This document shows positions 50,850 through 62,893 of a stretch of DNA of 64,000 bases, piece by piece (the first letter of the stretch is position 1; each line of letters starts with the position of its first letter). Location: assembly GCA_024679065.1 (NCBI GenBank), contig JAGIQG010000008.1, positions 27,590,001 through 27,654,000 of the forward strand, read 5' to 3'. The notes beneath the pieces were generated by a model. That model was not told where the DNA came from. It worked only from the letters and a program-made list of their open reading frames with translations, and ran no database searches. Source of the stretch: Sphyrna mokarran. Lineage: Eukaryota. The position numbers were made by a program, and so were the translations under genes.

Positions 50850-51330
50850 TGCAGATTACAAAGATAACTCAGGGCAAAGCAATGAATGGATTTAAATACA
50901 AGGACTGGATTTTTAAGTTTAAGGCATTGAAGGACTGGGAGCCAAATCAGTCAGGGATAAGGAAAAATGCTAAAAGTTAAAGCTTTAAATTAGCAGGAGT
51001 TTAAAAACAACAACTTGCATCAATATAGTGTTCTTAACATAGTATGAGTATTGTATTAGAATTCAAATATCACAAAGTGCTTCACACAGTGATTATCAAA
51101 TGATAACACATCAGAATAGTTAAGATGAAACTGACAGGCATAACTGAGAATTTTAGTGGCTGTTAGGCTAAAATAAGGAGAAATGGGGCTGATGTTGTGG
51201 AGGTGAAAGCAGGAGGTCTTCCTGAATTGGGGTCTGAAGCTCAGCTTGGGGTTGAACAGAAGTGCCAATCTTCTAAACTACAGGATACAGCTCAGGAAAG
51301 TTGACGGACAGGGACTGTAGTCATTGACTG
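50850..51330 (-). mobile_element. L2 LINE fragments
   Basis: LALLFNPKLSFRPQFRKTSCFHLHNISPISPYFSLTATKIL and WLPVLQCLKLK..VFKSIH; L2-like tail near 51005-51090. Confidence 0.68.
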
Positions 51331-52656
51331 ATCAGGGTAACAATAGCATTGCTTAAATTATCAGTTGCCTGGATCCTATTGCCAATTTAACCCCTCCTCC
51401 ATCCAAGACAGCTGCCCAGTTTATATTCTAAACTGCACCTGCAACCATCAGTGGAAATGCTACTTACCCCAGAAACATCTCAAATGCACCAACAGGGAAA
51501 ATGGAGGTTCCATGCTTACTCAGCCCACATTGCTTCAGAAATCTCACATGTAAATTCAGTTTACACATGAAAAAGATGAGAGCGCAACTGAAGAAAGGAG
51601 TAACTGACCGAAACAGAGCATTTTGGCCTGAGCAGGAATTCAGAGTGTGAGGACGGTAAATTATCTCAGTTCATAAGTTTAAAGGTCTGCCAAAGGGATT
51701 AGCAGAGACCAGCACCTGTTTTAAATCAGTAAATGCTGAAACTGATACTGAGTTCCTAGCTGCTGAGTATTAACTGTTCATTATATAGTTTTGGATGGCC
51801 AAACTGGGAAAGCCAAATGGAGATCAAGTGTGTTGCAAATACTGAAACAATATACAATGAAGTAAGTGTGCAGGATGTTTCTTGAACTTATAGAATATAA
51901 GTAGGAGAGTGAGTGATGCTTAATGATGAAGCAATTCAGGATAATCACAAATCTTGCTTTCTCAAACTTAAATCAATGAGGTTGAACAGCAGTTGCAGGC
52001 ACTACATAAATGACATGAAAAATAAGTTCCTTCCTAGAATCATCATTCCAAAAGATGATCCATTCATAGGGACAGCAAGTTAGTAGAGGAAGAGCAGTAA
52101 TTAGCCAGTTATTGAAGTGTAAGAAGAAAACAGGCAGAACTATTTTAATTTCATCAGTCAGTGGGTCATTCAGTACCCTATTGTCAGACAGAATCAGTAC
52201 CACAAATGTCTCCTCATGGACAATATCTCTGACAGAATAAACTTATCGGAGGTTCACTGAATTGAATAATGAATGAAATTGGTATTTCTTTATTAAGTCA
52301 ATTATACAACCAACACCTTGTGATGTCCTCTCATAAACCCTGTCTGTATCCATAGATTTTGCATACCCCTCATTCCAGGGCAACGGAGTCTGAACATGAT
52401 TTTAAGAACATAGATATGTTTCCACAGAGCAAAGACATAACAGCTTATGTAGCCAATGTGGTTTAACCACTTGAATAAATCAAAATTGGTTTTGGTCCGT
52501 CTGGTAGCTAGAGGGCTAGAATTTGATGAAATAGTACATATTGTGTGGACATTCAATATTCAATGTTTTGCTCTTCAAGCTATGGACCAATTGAGATAGA
52601 AGATGAATTACAGTGGATGAATCCAATGTCAAAACATTAACAGAAGGAGAATTAAA

Positions 52657-53890
52657 GGGTGGAATTCTCCATTTTTGAGACTTAGTGCTAAGGTGGAACA
52701 TTCCGGCAGCGCCTTTTCTGCTGGCCAGCGGGATTCCATACCAAATTCTGCACTTGCAACCTCATTAATTATGCAAGAGTAATTTCTACTCTGAATCTCC
52801 TCGAGGGCTGACAGCTGATTTCTCCACCCACCTTAATTGACAACTTTGATAGCACCATATTTAAATACCAGTCCAGCACATTCATATCAATCTTTCTTGC
52901 CCACCTGTCTTCAACAGGCAATGCAGGATGCCAGCACCCTAGAAGGAAAAGGCTAGCAGTGTCGAGAATAATTCAGTTCCATGATTTAAGCATCCTTCAC
53001 CCGCAAATCCATTACTTACAGAGTGTCCATGCGCTATTTGGACTCTTAGCCATTGCATCAGGAGTCTCCACTGTCCAGCTCTCATTCCACATCTCCCACT
53101 TGGGCACCCCCATCCCGGCCCCAGCTTGCGTTCCACCTCCAGTCAAATTTTAGTCCTTTGTTGCAGTGGCTGCATGAGGCACACAGTCTGGGTAGACACT
53201 GCTTGTGGCACCATGGGAAGAAGACCTCTGTACTCCACAAGCCCAAATGCTGTACTGATCTGACTCAGATGAAACAGGAAAAAGCTTTAAAGTTTATTTA
53301 TTAGTCACAAGCAAGGCTTACATTAACACTACAATGAAGTTACTTAAGCGTCTGGTCGAATCAGTGCACCTAACCAGCATGTCTTTCAGACAATGGGAGG
53401 AAACTGGCACATCTGGAGGAAACCCATGCAGACAAAGGGAGGTCATGCAGACTCTGCAATAGTCAGTGATTCAAGCTGGGAATCGAACCCAGATTCCTGG
53501 TGCTGTGAGGCAGCAGTGCTAACCACTGTGCCACCAACAGGATGGCCAATGGGTCCAGTAGCACAGTGCTGTTCATGAAGTTTGGCCTGGCATGGAGATG
53601 GACGGCAAGACCAATCTGCCACGGCAAAGTGGTGAACAGCACAGTAAGAGAAGTGCAGCATTAAGGCAGAAAGGCTTTGTTGCACTCATCTCAACATCTC
53701 TTGCGAACTGAGGAAACTTTGTGAATGCCACTCCTGATCAATTGGTTTAAGACTGAATTTCCCACTGATGTGACGCAAGATTGAAGGCTTTACAAGATGC
53801 CATTGGGGTTTTAATGAACATTCATGAAATACAAATGGCATGTTCATGCCACCAGTCAGCAGGAAGACCGACCCACTATTAGCCCAAATT
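52657..53890. mobile_element. Non-autonomous Harbinger-type element with an inserted SINE
   Basis: Starts GGGTGGAATTCTCC (same TIR type as 32445, 33066 and 62255); distal part is homologous to 49360-49710. Confidence 0.55.
53280..53535 (-). mobile_element. V-SINE with non-HER1 tail and 7-bp TSD
   Basis: AACAGGA at 53273-53279 and 53536-53542; box B GGTTCGATTCC on -. Confidence 0.9.
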
Positions 53891-53996
53891 CCCCAAGCAT
53901 GCAAAGGATGATTGGACATAAATAGGAGACTAGTAAGCATAACATCTAAAACTGGACATGTTTGAAATGTTCAACAACAATTCACCACTGAAGGAA

Positions 53997-54340
53997 TGAG
54001 ACTCCACGTGTTTTATTTTCTAGGGTACAAAAGTTGATTGACAGTCAATAATTACAACACTGTTAAAAATATGCTTGAATTAGTAATAATACTTAACTTC
54101 CTGTTGGTGAGTTTAAGAGACAATTAATATGCAAAAATAGCAACTGCATGAAACTTGTAGGGAGATTATGGGTGAGATGCTGTTTTCACAAAACTCGTGG
54201 TGGAGAGGATCAAAATGTCCAGCAACTTGTGGCAATTAGCAATTCAAGAGATTTTCTTTGTCACAATTAGCTGGTTGATTTAGCACATTAATAACAATAC
54301 ATGCAGTTCATACACAGTTCTTCCATCAGCAAAGTCCAGT
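53997..54340. mobile_element. Old DNA transposon fragment related to 45621-46315
   Basis: Inverted similarity noted by eye. Confidence 0.5.
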
Positions 54341-55098
54341 TCCTTATCTTTTGATGACAAGTGACAAGCCAGGGTAGAAAATTGAAATGTCACAAAGAAA
54401 AAACAAGGAAACCACAGATTAGTGGTGTAATGTTATATTAACCAGGGCATGTGGCAAATCATTTCAGAGTAATCAGTTCAATTGTCCAAGAGTCATAAAA
54501 CACCCCAAGTCAAACAAAGCAAGGATTAAACAATTTAATCTTGTTTCTAAAATGGCATAAAAAAGATACATTCAAGTAGGACCTTTGACAAGATTAAGGA
54601 ACATGAAGAACCTGGAAAGGTATCAATTATGATTCATCTTCTTTACATATATGTTTGTAGATGTAGGATTGCATATAGGTTTAAAATGACTATTTTGAAA
54701 CAATAAATGTACTTTCTCTTTAACTTGGCAAACACAACTTATATTTAACATATTCTTGCATTTTTCCTTTCACCTCTAGCTGCTTACTAATTTGATCTTG
54801 AATTATTATGGTTGTTTGGTTCATTTCCTGCCCATTAGAAGTACGTGCAATGGATAGGAATATGGCATGCCATCTGGTGTTGATTTCTAACACCACCTAT
54901 TTGATAGAATGAGAGTATTTTGAAAGAAGAGTTATTTTCCAAAACAAGAAAGACTGTCATTAATCAATATAAAAGGGTGCATGGATGGATGTTACATCAC
55001 TATTCCGCCATCTTACCATGAAGCATGCCTATAGAAGTCGGGCAGGAAAAAGGTTTCAAGTGGACCTGTAGAGATGGAGCCTTTAAAAGTTCCATAGA

Positions 55099-56741
55099 TG
55101 TTATGATTACATATTCTAGGTCTTTGAAAGGGTCTTTGTATATTTATTTTCTTTATTACTTGCACTTATTGCTGACATTTAGATTTTCAGGGGTCAGTTG
55201 TAATAGTGCCCTCTTGTGGGCATTTGTGTATATATGTATATAAATCAAACCAGGTTAAACCAGTTTTGACTTAGGCACTGGCTGCATGTTGCATACTGTT
55301 TTGTCCTGCAAAGATATCACACTCTGGCAACTAAAGTTAAGATCATGTACTGCCTCCTACATGAAAAATTTGAGTTAGGAAAGCTTCCATCCAGTAAACC
55401 AGCAACTTGCAAGTTTTCTTTTTCAGTGAAAAATAGGCTTAAAATCCAATGTTAGAGAAATGGCTGTTTGTGCATGTAGGTGGATTGCCTTCAAAGGAGC
55501 TGCATCAAGAGGTATTTTTGGGCAGCTGGGATGTACTCTAATAGTGACTGAGAACATTTTGGTGTCTAAGTGAAGTAATTAGGGATGTGTTTCAATGCTA
55601 ATAACATCCTCAATGATCCTCATAATCCAGCTATTATAAGAAAGGGAAGGGCAATATATTTTAACTGAATTGGGCCCAGGAATGCAAGGAACAGTCAATA
55701 ATTTGTTGACCCCTGCTAAGCCGAAAGAGACAACACTATCAAACATTTTGTGTAAGCTTAAGCAGCATTACAAGCTGTTAGACATTTAAGGAGAGATGGT
55801 GCATAATGGAATGTCACTAGATTGTTAATCTAGAAATCCAATCTTATAGTCTGGAGACATGGGTTTAAGTTCGACAATGGCAGCTGGTGGAATTTAAATT
55901 CAAATAACTCTAAAATTATAAAACTAGTTTCAGTAACAGTGGATGTGCCAACTATCATCAACTGCAAAAACCCATCAGGTTCACTAATGACCTTTAGGGA
56001 AGGAAATCTGCAGTTATCGCCTGGTCATGTAACTCCAGACCCACAACACTGCCCTCCGAAATTGACTAGCAAGCCACTCAAGGGCAATGAGGGATGGGCA
56101 ACAAATGCTGTCTTTACCAGCAAAGCTCACACTCCCCAAACAAATAAAACACAGTTCTGAAAAGCCATTGGCTTGAAATCAAGGAGCAGGTCCTCAGCGA
56201 GGACATTGGAGAGTTCTATGTGGCCGTGAAAAGGCTGATAATTCATTGTAATTTTAAGATCTTGGGCAGATCTGAGTACTGTATGAAAAGTGAATGCATT
56301 TGCTTTTGTCATTGACAAAGTTAACTTTTGACAGAGGTTGTCAGGTTGCATTGATGGTGGATGTGGCAGAACGAGACTCAAGAGAAGTCAGAATTAACAA
56401 CCACTAGTTATCTGCTTAAGTAAATAAGTTGTAGTTGAATAAGATGAGTCAAGGTTCTTCCACAAGTTCTGAAATTCAGAATCAAGAAAGGGAATATCTT
56501 CTTCACAATAGGAAGCCAATAGTTAAGTTTGATTTGTAAATAAATTAAAATCTAAAAGTGTATGTAGTTGTATGGCACTTGAACATTGTGTCACTTTAGG
56601 ATGCAGGACTGTGATAATTCCTTCTTATGGCCATTTGTATTATGTATATATATATATGAAATAAAACAGACTGAGCTAGATTTCACTCGAGTACTGGACT
56701 CCATGACGCACGTTGTGATTTTGTCTTGCATAGATATCTCA
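55099..56741 (+). mobile_element. Internally deleted Gypsy LTR element with two diverged LTRs
   Basis: 5' LTR ends TTTTGTCCTGCAAAGATATCACA (55321), PBS-like TGGCAAC; gag remnant FNANNI..NNLLTPAKPKETTLSNILCKLKQHY / EDIGEFYVAVKRLIIHCNF; purine tract AAGAAAGGGAA (~56484); 3' LTR ends TTTTGTCTTGCATAGATATCTCA (56741). Confidence 0.7.
55790..56150 (+). mobile_element. tRNA-derived SINE whose tail matches the 13570-15490 LINE family
   Basis: Head GATGGTGCATAATGGAATGTCACTAGA..GGGTTTAAGTTC; tail CTCAAGGGCAATGAGGGATGGGCAACAAATGCTG. Confidence 0.8.
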
Positions 56742-57202
56742 GTAGTGATTATTTAGTTATTGTTTAGCCTTCTGACTTTCCTTTACAGATCCAAGAGGAG
56801 TGCTTCATAATGATCCTCTGAATTGATGTGTTTGGAGAAAGGAAATGCGAGAAATTCCAAGAGATGTTCCATTTGTAGTCAGGCCAACGAGATCAACTCG
56901 TATGACAAATTTTATTATTTGCAATATGACATGTATAATCAAGATTAGCTACACACACCACAAATGTACTCTCTTCTTCAATACCTGTGCACAAAATTAT
57001 GAATGGTTCTTAAATAGAAACAAAATAAGTGAAATACTCAGCATCTGTGGACAAAGAGTTAACATTATGAATAAAATATGACTTTTCAGATTTTTTTGTT
57101 TGCTTTTGCAATGAGTGATTCTTATTTGTTATAAATCAAAAAGTATTAAATATTTGGCATTTAATTTCTCGCAATATATACTTTTGTTAATGCTATACAG
57201 CT

Positions 57203-58169
57203 GTTATGAAGGCTATGCTTACCTTGTTGAGAGCATGGCTGGAGAACGAAAGTTGTGCTTTTGAGTCAGTGCGAGAGTGCATCCTCAGATATCCAGGGAA
57301 GCAAAATCTCAGGAGATGAAATTGAAACCCTGGGCCTTCATTGTTGCCATCCAAGTTGGAAGAATGTTACAGAAAATTCTGAGGTTAGATCTTTAAAGAT
57401 AAAGACTCAAATCTCTTGTGAGAATGACAGTTTCAGTTGGATTGGTTGACTCTGTCTTTACAGACACCTGGGTGGATTGTTGCAAAATCCATGGACTCTT
57501 TCTTGATTGCATCTATCATTTATTGTGCAGTGTGGGTCTTCAACCACAGTTTGCCTGTTAATTCATATGTACCACATATTACCCCTGAAAGTTGGAGTAA
57601 AAGGTGGATATTGTAATTTGTTTTATTTTTGTGATCTGGTAACATTTATTTTTGTTTGTTTAAAACCTGCAGAGCAGCGACATGCAACTTAAGCTGGAGA
57701 GTGGATCACATGAGTGACTCTCCTTCACCTCTGTGAACCACAAGATTGAAATCAGACTTGTTCAATAACCATCACTCTATGAATAAGGTAAAGTACATTT
57801 AATACACACCAATCATTTCATAATGAGTAATGGAAATTTTTAACCATTTAAATATTGATATATATTACACAGTTCTCACAGTCAATGTTGTGTGCAATCA
57901 GTATGCACCTCACTTCACTTCCCTTACTTTACATGCACATCACTTCCGTCACACTGGTGGGAAAGAAATATGTAGACAGAAATCAGCAGAATGTGGCAAC
58001 ATTGAGCATGGACAACAATCAACATGATCCAGTCTCAGAACCCAGGTGGGTTACATTCACTTAGTAATTATCCTTAAATTGCAAACTTTGGCAAATCTTA
58101 ACAAAATGCTATACTGAAGTCTAACAGAATTCTCCCAAAAACTTGGGGGTTTGGCCTAGGGTCATAAAA
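57203..58169 (+). mobile_element. LTR-like sequence preceding the PBS (5' boundary uncertain, possibly composite)
   Basis: Starts TGTTATG; ends GGGTCATAAAA just before the PBS. Confidence 0.42.
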
Positions 58170-58174
58170 TAAAT

Positions 58175-58192
58175 TGAGGACACTTCCAGGAT
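58175..58192 (+). promoter_or_regulatory. Degenerate tRNA-Pro primer-binding site
   Basis: TGAGGACACTTCCAGGAT versus TGGGGGCTCGTCCGGGAT, 13/18, in the expected position between LTR end and gag. Confidence 0.6.
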
Positions 58193-58339
58193 TTCAGATC
58201 TACAGAAAAATGGCAGTGCTGGTATTCACTGAGGTCAAGTTTGATAAGGTTTACACTGTAAATTTTGGTTTGCTAATTAAAAAGCAGGATGGCTTTGTCA
58301 ATCACCATGATTCTTCTGGAGAGAGAAGGTTTATCCTTG

Positions 58340-59921
58340 ATGATCTGGGACAATTAACCAAAGTTAGGTTAATCGCATTAGCAAAAAAGTTAAAAGCAGG
58401 AATAAAAGAGTAGAAATAATTGAGGAAGCAGCATAGCATCTGGGATTGGAAGAAAAAAAAAATCCAGATGGCAATTCAGTTGAGTTAGCTAGAATTCATT
58501 TGCAAATTATACAGCTTGAAATAGGAAAAGAGAGGAAAAAAAGTTTGAACTGGGAAAAAAGGAAAAGGAAAGAGCAAAAGAGAAAAAAATAAAAGGTTTG
58601 ATCTGAACAAGTAAGTTGAAACATGAAAGCTCAGGTTTCAAAGAGAGAGATCATATAAATTGGTCAGAGAAAAGCTTAGGTTTCAGGGTGAGAGAGAATA
58701 TAATAATTTGGATGAGGAATCAAGTCTCATTCTGAGCTTCGATATAACAAGAAATCTTTATCTATTTCCTAAATTTGTTGAAGACGGAGTTGAGAAATAT
58801 TTCATCTCATGTGAAAATCTGGCTACAAAGCTAAAATGGTCAACGAATACATAATATCTCCTTTTGCAAAGCATTTTGTCAGGAAAGGTATGAATGTGTA
58901 TTCCACTTTCAGAAGAACAGAACAATCTTCAAATTATAAGGAAGTTAAAACTGCAACATTTAATACTTATAAGCTTGTCCCCGAAGAAGATGAGTTGAAA
59001 TTTTAGACTTTAAAGCAAAGATTGAATGAAACATTTGTGGCATTTGCTTGGGAGAAATTAATTCTGTGGGGCCGGTGTTTTCAACCACCAAAGTTAAAAC
59101 AAAATTTTGAGAAAGTGGAGGGATTAATGATACAGGAGGAATTTCAAAACAGCATCTCAATAGTGATTAGATTATACTTGGAACATGATAAGATTTCTAA
59201 GGAATGGGAAGTAGCAGTTCTGGCAGATGGATGAGATATATAACATAGGCAGTTTAGGAGAGCACATCCCCATTTGTAAACTCACAGGAATGCTGCAGGA
59301 ACAGAAAATAATCTAGTTTTATGGAAAAAACAGAGGCTGTTCCAGTCAAGAAAAATCGAAGTGTGGAGGATAAAAGTAATTTGACAAAGCCATAAAACAG
59401 GGCATCTCAAAAACCCATTGTTAGAAGTTGCACAGTAAGCTGGTGGCAGTTGTAGAAACACTCATGGAGTCTTTAGAAAAGACTATAACATAAATGGAAA
59501 TGAATGTTAAAATTATAGTAATAGCGCAAGTGAAACGTCTTCTATCAGAACCTACTAGAAGGAATTCTTCCTTAACTACTGTTAAAGTATGTCAAGTTAC
59601 TGGAGGTTTTTGAGGTTATATTGAAGGGAAAAGTGTTCCCTTTGTCATCCAACAAGACATGTAAACACATTAATAGCTTTAGAGACAATGTGGCAAATCA
59701 GTCATTGATAGCCGTTGATTTAATTTACGTTCCAGATGATTTGAAAGAGAAAGCATTAATACAAAATTATTAATGGAATTTATGGTTCTGTTTCCTTCTG
59801 TAAAGTCTATTTATGAAGTAAATTAGCAAATTAATTTGTCATTGTGGCAATTGTTCCCAGTTTACCTATTGATGGGACAGATTTAATTTTGGATAATGAT
59901 TTGGCCAATGCAGGCAGTAAC
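58340..59921 (+). mobile_element. Decayed Gypsy (Gmr1/SCAN-like) gag and aspartic protease
   Basis: FDITRNLYLFPKFVEDGVEKYFISCENLATKLKW..LLLQSILSGK..YKLVPE..TFVAFAWEK..EEFQNSI..AVLAD (gag); FRDNVANQSLI (decayed LRDTGASQSL, 59678-59710); IVPSLPIDGTDLILDNDLA (protease end). Confidence 0.85.
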
Positions 59922-59924
59922 ATG

Positions 59925-60766
59925 ATGACGGCTACATTGCAGCAGGTGATTGAAAATGCTGATCTTACCAAACTTCAAAAAATTATTGTGGCCAAATATG
60001 AGAAACTTATTCCTGACAAGGAGCAATTGAAAAAAGATCTGATTAGAGTAGAGAAACAACTTTTTCGCATGAAAGATGAGTTTGCTTACGAAAAGCAAGA
60101 ACAGATGAAAAAAAAACTCGATTATTTAGCAAAGAATTAAGAATTGCAGATAAATCGAAATATTTGGTTGAATGCAGGATTTAAAAACAAGACTGATGAA
60201 TGACTGGAACTTCATCATAAAAAGGGCAATGAGATTTCTGAACTTCAATGCAATTTGGAGAACATGAGAAATTAAGAGCTGGATTTTCAAGTCGCACTCA
60301 CTCCAAGGCCAGAAATTTCTGCCTGAGGTTAACTGACCTTTGCACGGTCTTCTGAATTTTCTACCCTGCCCATTACAATTCAGCCCAAAATGTCTCTAAC
60401 ATTAAAGGGCAAATCTAGACTTTAAATCTCAATAAGGTTTGAAGAGACAGACTGAAGATCTAGCAATCAAATCAAACAAGTCTGAGGAGCAACCACTAAT
60501 CATGGAAGAAAGACTCCAAAAGGAACTGAATGCCAAGGTGAAGCTGTTCAGCTTGTAAAAGGTAACAGAATCAAAGACAACTGAATTCATCAGAGTAGTT
60601 GCAGAGCTGAATAAAAAGATTAATAAGCTTGGAAAATAATTGAAAAATAACAGAGTGAACAAATATTTGGAAGGAACGATAAAATGAAGGTTCCATTTTT
60701 CAAGCACCAGCAAGGAGGAAATAGCGTGTGCAAAAGGCTGTAGCATATCTCTTGGATAAACTAAAA
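59925..60766 (+). pseudogene. TPR: Intronless, internally deleted copy of nucleoprotein TPR N-terminal coiled coil, in frame with the retroelement protease
   Basis: Colinear blocks match remembered human TPR: MTATLQQVIENADLTKLQK ~ MAAVLQQVLERTELNKLPK; NIWLNAGFKNKTDE*LELHHKKGNEISELQCNLEN ~ [54 protein letters not shown] ~ [29 protein letters not shown] ~ NKRINKYLD; RVQKAVAYLLDKL ~ RAQKAVASLSVKL. Confidence 0.85.
60276..60386. mobile_element. MITE (same family as 33066) inserted in the TPR copy
   Basis: Ends GAGCTGGATTTT / ACAATTCAGCCC; left flank TAA; internal similarity to 33066-33193; TPR similarity resumes after it. Confidence 0.7.
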
Positions 60767-61444
60767 AATTACTTGAGTAAATACTCCCTCAGTGCAAGTT
60801 TATTCATCCAATATTGAAAACAATGAAAAGAGAAAATCTGTTATGGAGGAAGTAATCAAGGAAGATAATTGTGAAGCTGGTTGCCAATCAGACATACACT
60901 ATTTCCATAGCAAACTTAAAGGAATATTTCTATTAACAGTGAAGAAGTGCAAACTAAACCTCATGTTCTCCTCTATTGACAAACCTATGCAACGGTCATT
61001 TGTATCACAGAGTATGGATCCATATTTGAAGAGTGGAAGATAGCCAGAGTATTTATTTGTAGTCACATCAATTAGTTTGAAACCAGTGGTACAAAGTAGA
61101 GATACAAGCTGGTCAAGATATTTCTAAAACAAAGCTTTAAAAAATTTTCACTATCTTTGGTTGACCATGAAAAGACTATTGGCAAACATTATGTAATTGT
61201 TGGGATTCTATTTAGTCTTTAAAGAAATGGCGTCAGATCCTGAGTTATTATAGTTCTAGATATATGAATCCTGCTAATTCTATTGATACATGTACTGACA
61301 TTTGTTTAGGTTAAACCTTTGTAACTAAATAATGCAGTTGGTGTAATTGTGGAACAAAATACCGCTGGTCTGTAGGGAATATAACAAGCTATTGATTAAA
61401 GATTTATGATGTTAATCACCTAGACCTTCCTTCTTAACTGCACA

Positions 61445-61550
61445 ATGGAGTGCAGCAGTTAAAGACAGCAGCCCATCTCCTGAAGGACAGTTAGGGTTGG
61501 GCAATAAATGCTAGCCCAACCAGCAATCCCCACATCCCATGAAAGCAATT
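61445..61550 (+). mobile_element. 3' tail of the 13570-15490 LINE family
   Basis: TTAGGGTTGGGCAATAAATGCTAGCCCAACCAGC..CCCACATCCCATGAA. Confidence 0.75.
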
Positions 61551-62035
61551 TTTTTTAAAAGGAGAACAAGCAACAGTAAAACGCATATGAACAAGCTCTG
61601 TCAATTAGACATTGGCATCCATTAGCTTAATTATTAGCACTCATGATGTTTAAAGAATAGTAGAAATTTTGGACCAATGTGTGATGAAACACAGGCAGAA
61701 GTGGGCTGCAGCCAGACCAAAGTTAATGGGTCATTTGTGTGCCTGATCACTGGAGGGTTAGATTGCAGATGAATTCTGCTCTGTCTGTCTCAGATATGAA
61801 TCTCAATTGGCTGATGTACAGGGGAATATTGATGGTGTCACCTACAGAGATGCTGGTTACATTGGCTGGCCTATGGGACACTTTCAGTGTCAAAGGATAT
61901 TCCTTCTGGCTCCAACTTGGCAGAGAGCAAGACTTCCTCTCTACAGCCTCTAACTCACCCCCTCATTGTGAAGAACAACAGGCACAGCAGCTGCAGTCCA
62001 CATGTTCATTGTCAATTGTCGCTTAGTCAACTATA

Positions 62036-62114
62036 AACTAAAAGCAAAATACTGCAGATGCTGGAAATCTGAAATAAAAACAGAAAATGCTGGAGAAACT
62101 CAGCAGCTGGCAGC
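62036..62114 (-). mobile_element. Penelope-type terminal repeat fragment (hammerhead part missing)
   Basis: AAAGCAAAATACTGCAGATGCTGGAAATCTGAAATAAAAACAGAAAATGCTGG, as at 2108 and 39508. Confidence 0.75.
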
Positions 62115-62230
62115 ACCACTACACTCTGCACATTCTCGTTTCTTCTCTATGAACGATACACTTTGTCAGTGTCATGCGCAAGAAACCATACTTTTCACTG
62201 TACACTAATACATGTGACAATAATAAATCA
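62115..62230 (+). mobile_element. Rex1/Babar-type LINE 3' tail
   Basis: Reverse complement of 13850-13955 (GCGCAAGA..ATACTTTTCACT..ACATGTGACAATAATAAATCA). Confidence 0.75.
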
Positions 62231-62254
62231 CTTGTGGTGAGAGAAATTTGTTTT

Positions 62255-62893
62255 GGGCAGAATTCTCCCAAAGAAGTCTAAGTATCATAAAGCTAATGAA
62301 GTGACTTGTGCCAGCATGTCAGATTGCTATTTTCCCACTCTTAGTCTTTTTTGGGAGAATGGCGGTTTTGTATTTTCTGAAAGGGGCAGAGACTAAATAC
62401 ACCGGTTTAGAGGTTACCTCAATCTCAGATGAGATGGAAAAGCCCGTCCCTCCCTCCCCCAGGTAATCAGGACACGGTCCCAAAGTTAACACATTTCTCA
62501 TCCCTCCCCACTAAAGACTGCCAGCATCAAGGCTTTCCCAATGTCCTTCCTTTGAGCCCCACCCTTTTATGACTCCCCCCCTTCGTAGCCTCCTCTTCAT
62601 GCCCCATCCCTTTCATGCCCCCCTCCATTCATGATTTCCACTCAGGTCCCATCCCCTCAGCGCCGACAAACTGGCACATTTGACGGGGGTGGGGGAGTGG
62701 AGGGGAGGGGTAGTGTTGCATGCTGAACTCGCTAATGAGATTGAAATGCAGCCAATCGCATGCAAATCAGCCTCACAACTTTTCAAACAAGCTTCATATT
62801 TGAAAAGGGCCAGGAGAATTGCAAACTGTTTCGCACGCTATTGCCCGGATGGCACGATCTACAAATGGAGCATTGAGGGTGGAGAATCACCCC
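62255..62893. mobile_element. Non-autonomous Harbinger-type element
   Basis: Ends GGGCAGAATTCTCC / GGAGAATCACCCC; additional inverted repeat at 62262-62282 and 62340-62360 (19/21). Confidence 0.6.

Noticed and set aside
56770-56830. Strong splice acceptor CTTTCCTTTACAG
   Set aside because: All three frames stop within 40 nt; no support for a coding exon.
59925-60766. The genuine host TPR gene locus
   Set aside because: No introns, several stops and frameshifts, large deletions, a MITE insertion, and embedding in an LTR element.
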